NCBI RefSeq assembly: GCF_006345805.1
Contig: NW_021829624.1
Location: forward strand, 1-31,847
Source: Octopus sinensis
Taxonomy: Eukaryota
DNA: 31,847 bases
Direction: 5' to 3'
Shown here piece after piece: positions 31,700 to 31,847 of the stretch. The position numbers and the translations under genes are program-made. How positions within the stretch are numbered: the stretch's first letter is position 1; each line of letters begins with the position of its first letter. The notes under the pieces are model-generated. The model was given only the letters and a program-made list of their open reading frames with translations, searched no databases and had not been told where the DNA came from.

Positions 31700-31847
31700 T
31701 AACGGTAAGCTTTATGAAAATAGACAAAAGACGAAGGCAGGTTTACGGAAATAAACAAAAGACGAAGGCAGGTGGAATACAGACAAACAATTGTATTAGT
31801 ATGGCGCTCAGGAAATATAAATGAAACAAGTCTTAACGTTTCGAGCC
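31700..31847 (-). mobile_element. Probable Penelope-like pseudo-LTR 3' end with half a hammerhead (cut by the window edge)
   Basis: Minus strand GGCTC GAAACGTT AAGAC.. (31835-31842, palindrome AACGTT), T-rich tail ending in (TA)n; the CTGANGA half would lie beyond 31847. Confidence 0.45.

Overview
Eukaryotic, very repeat-rich animal genomic DNA (dense TA/TG, GA, AAT and GATA microsatellites). The three tRNA-headed SINE families and the overall repeat make-up look like coleoid cephalopod (octopus-type) DNA; this is an inference from recognition, not a database result. Host-gene content is small: the first coding exon of an AMPK-related/CAMK-group Ser/Thr kinase on the minus strand (3079-3189, Kozak ATG, GTGAGT donor), a probable 5'UTR exon upstream, and a Gln/Pro/His/Thr-rich putative exon (4664-5503, minus). 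The rest is mobile DNA: a 5'-truncated Penelope-like element (RT C-terminus plus GIY-YIG) broken only by two +1 homopolymer frameshifts, two R4/Dong-type LINE 3' ends in (AAT)n, two L1/Tx1-type LINE 3' ends, an RTE-like tail, mariner and Tc1 transposase remnants, and hAT, piggyBac-type and unclassified MITEs. The most notable signals, none visible in the ORF track, are: (1) several unrelated minimal type I hammerhead ribozymes with palindromic stem III (two with intact cores, three degenerate, one cut by the window edge); (2) three SINE head-to-tail concatemers sharing the same junction; (3) two minisatellites born inside retroelements, one of them about 70 bp from the kinase splice donor. Almost all ORFs in the supplied track are microsatellite artefacts. 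No CRISPR, rRNA or genuine tRNA gene was found.
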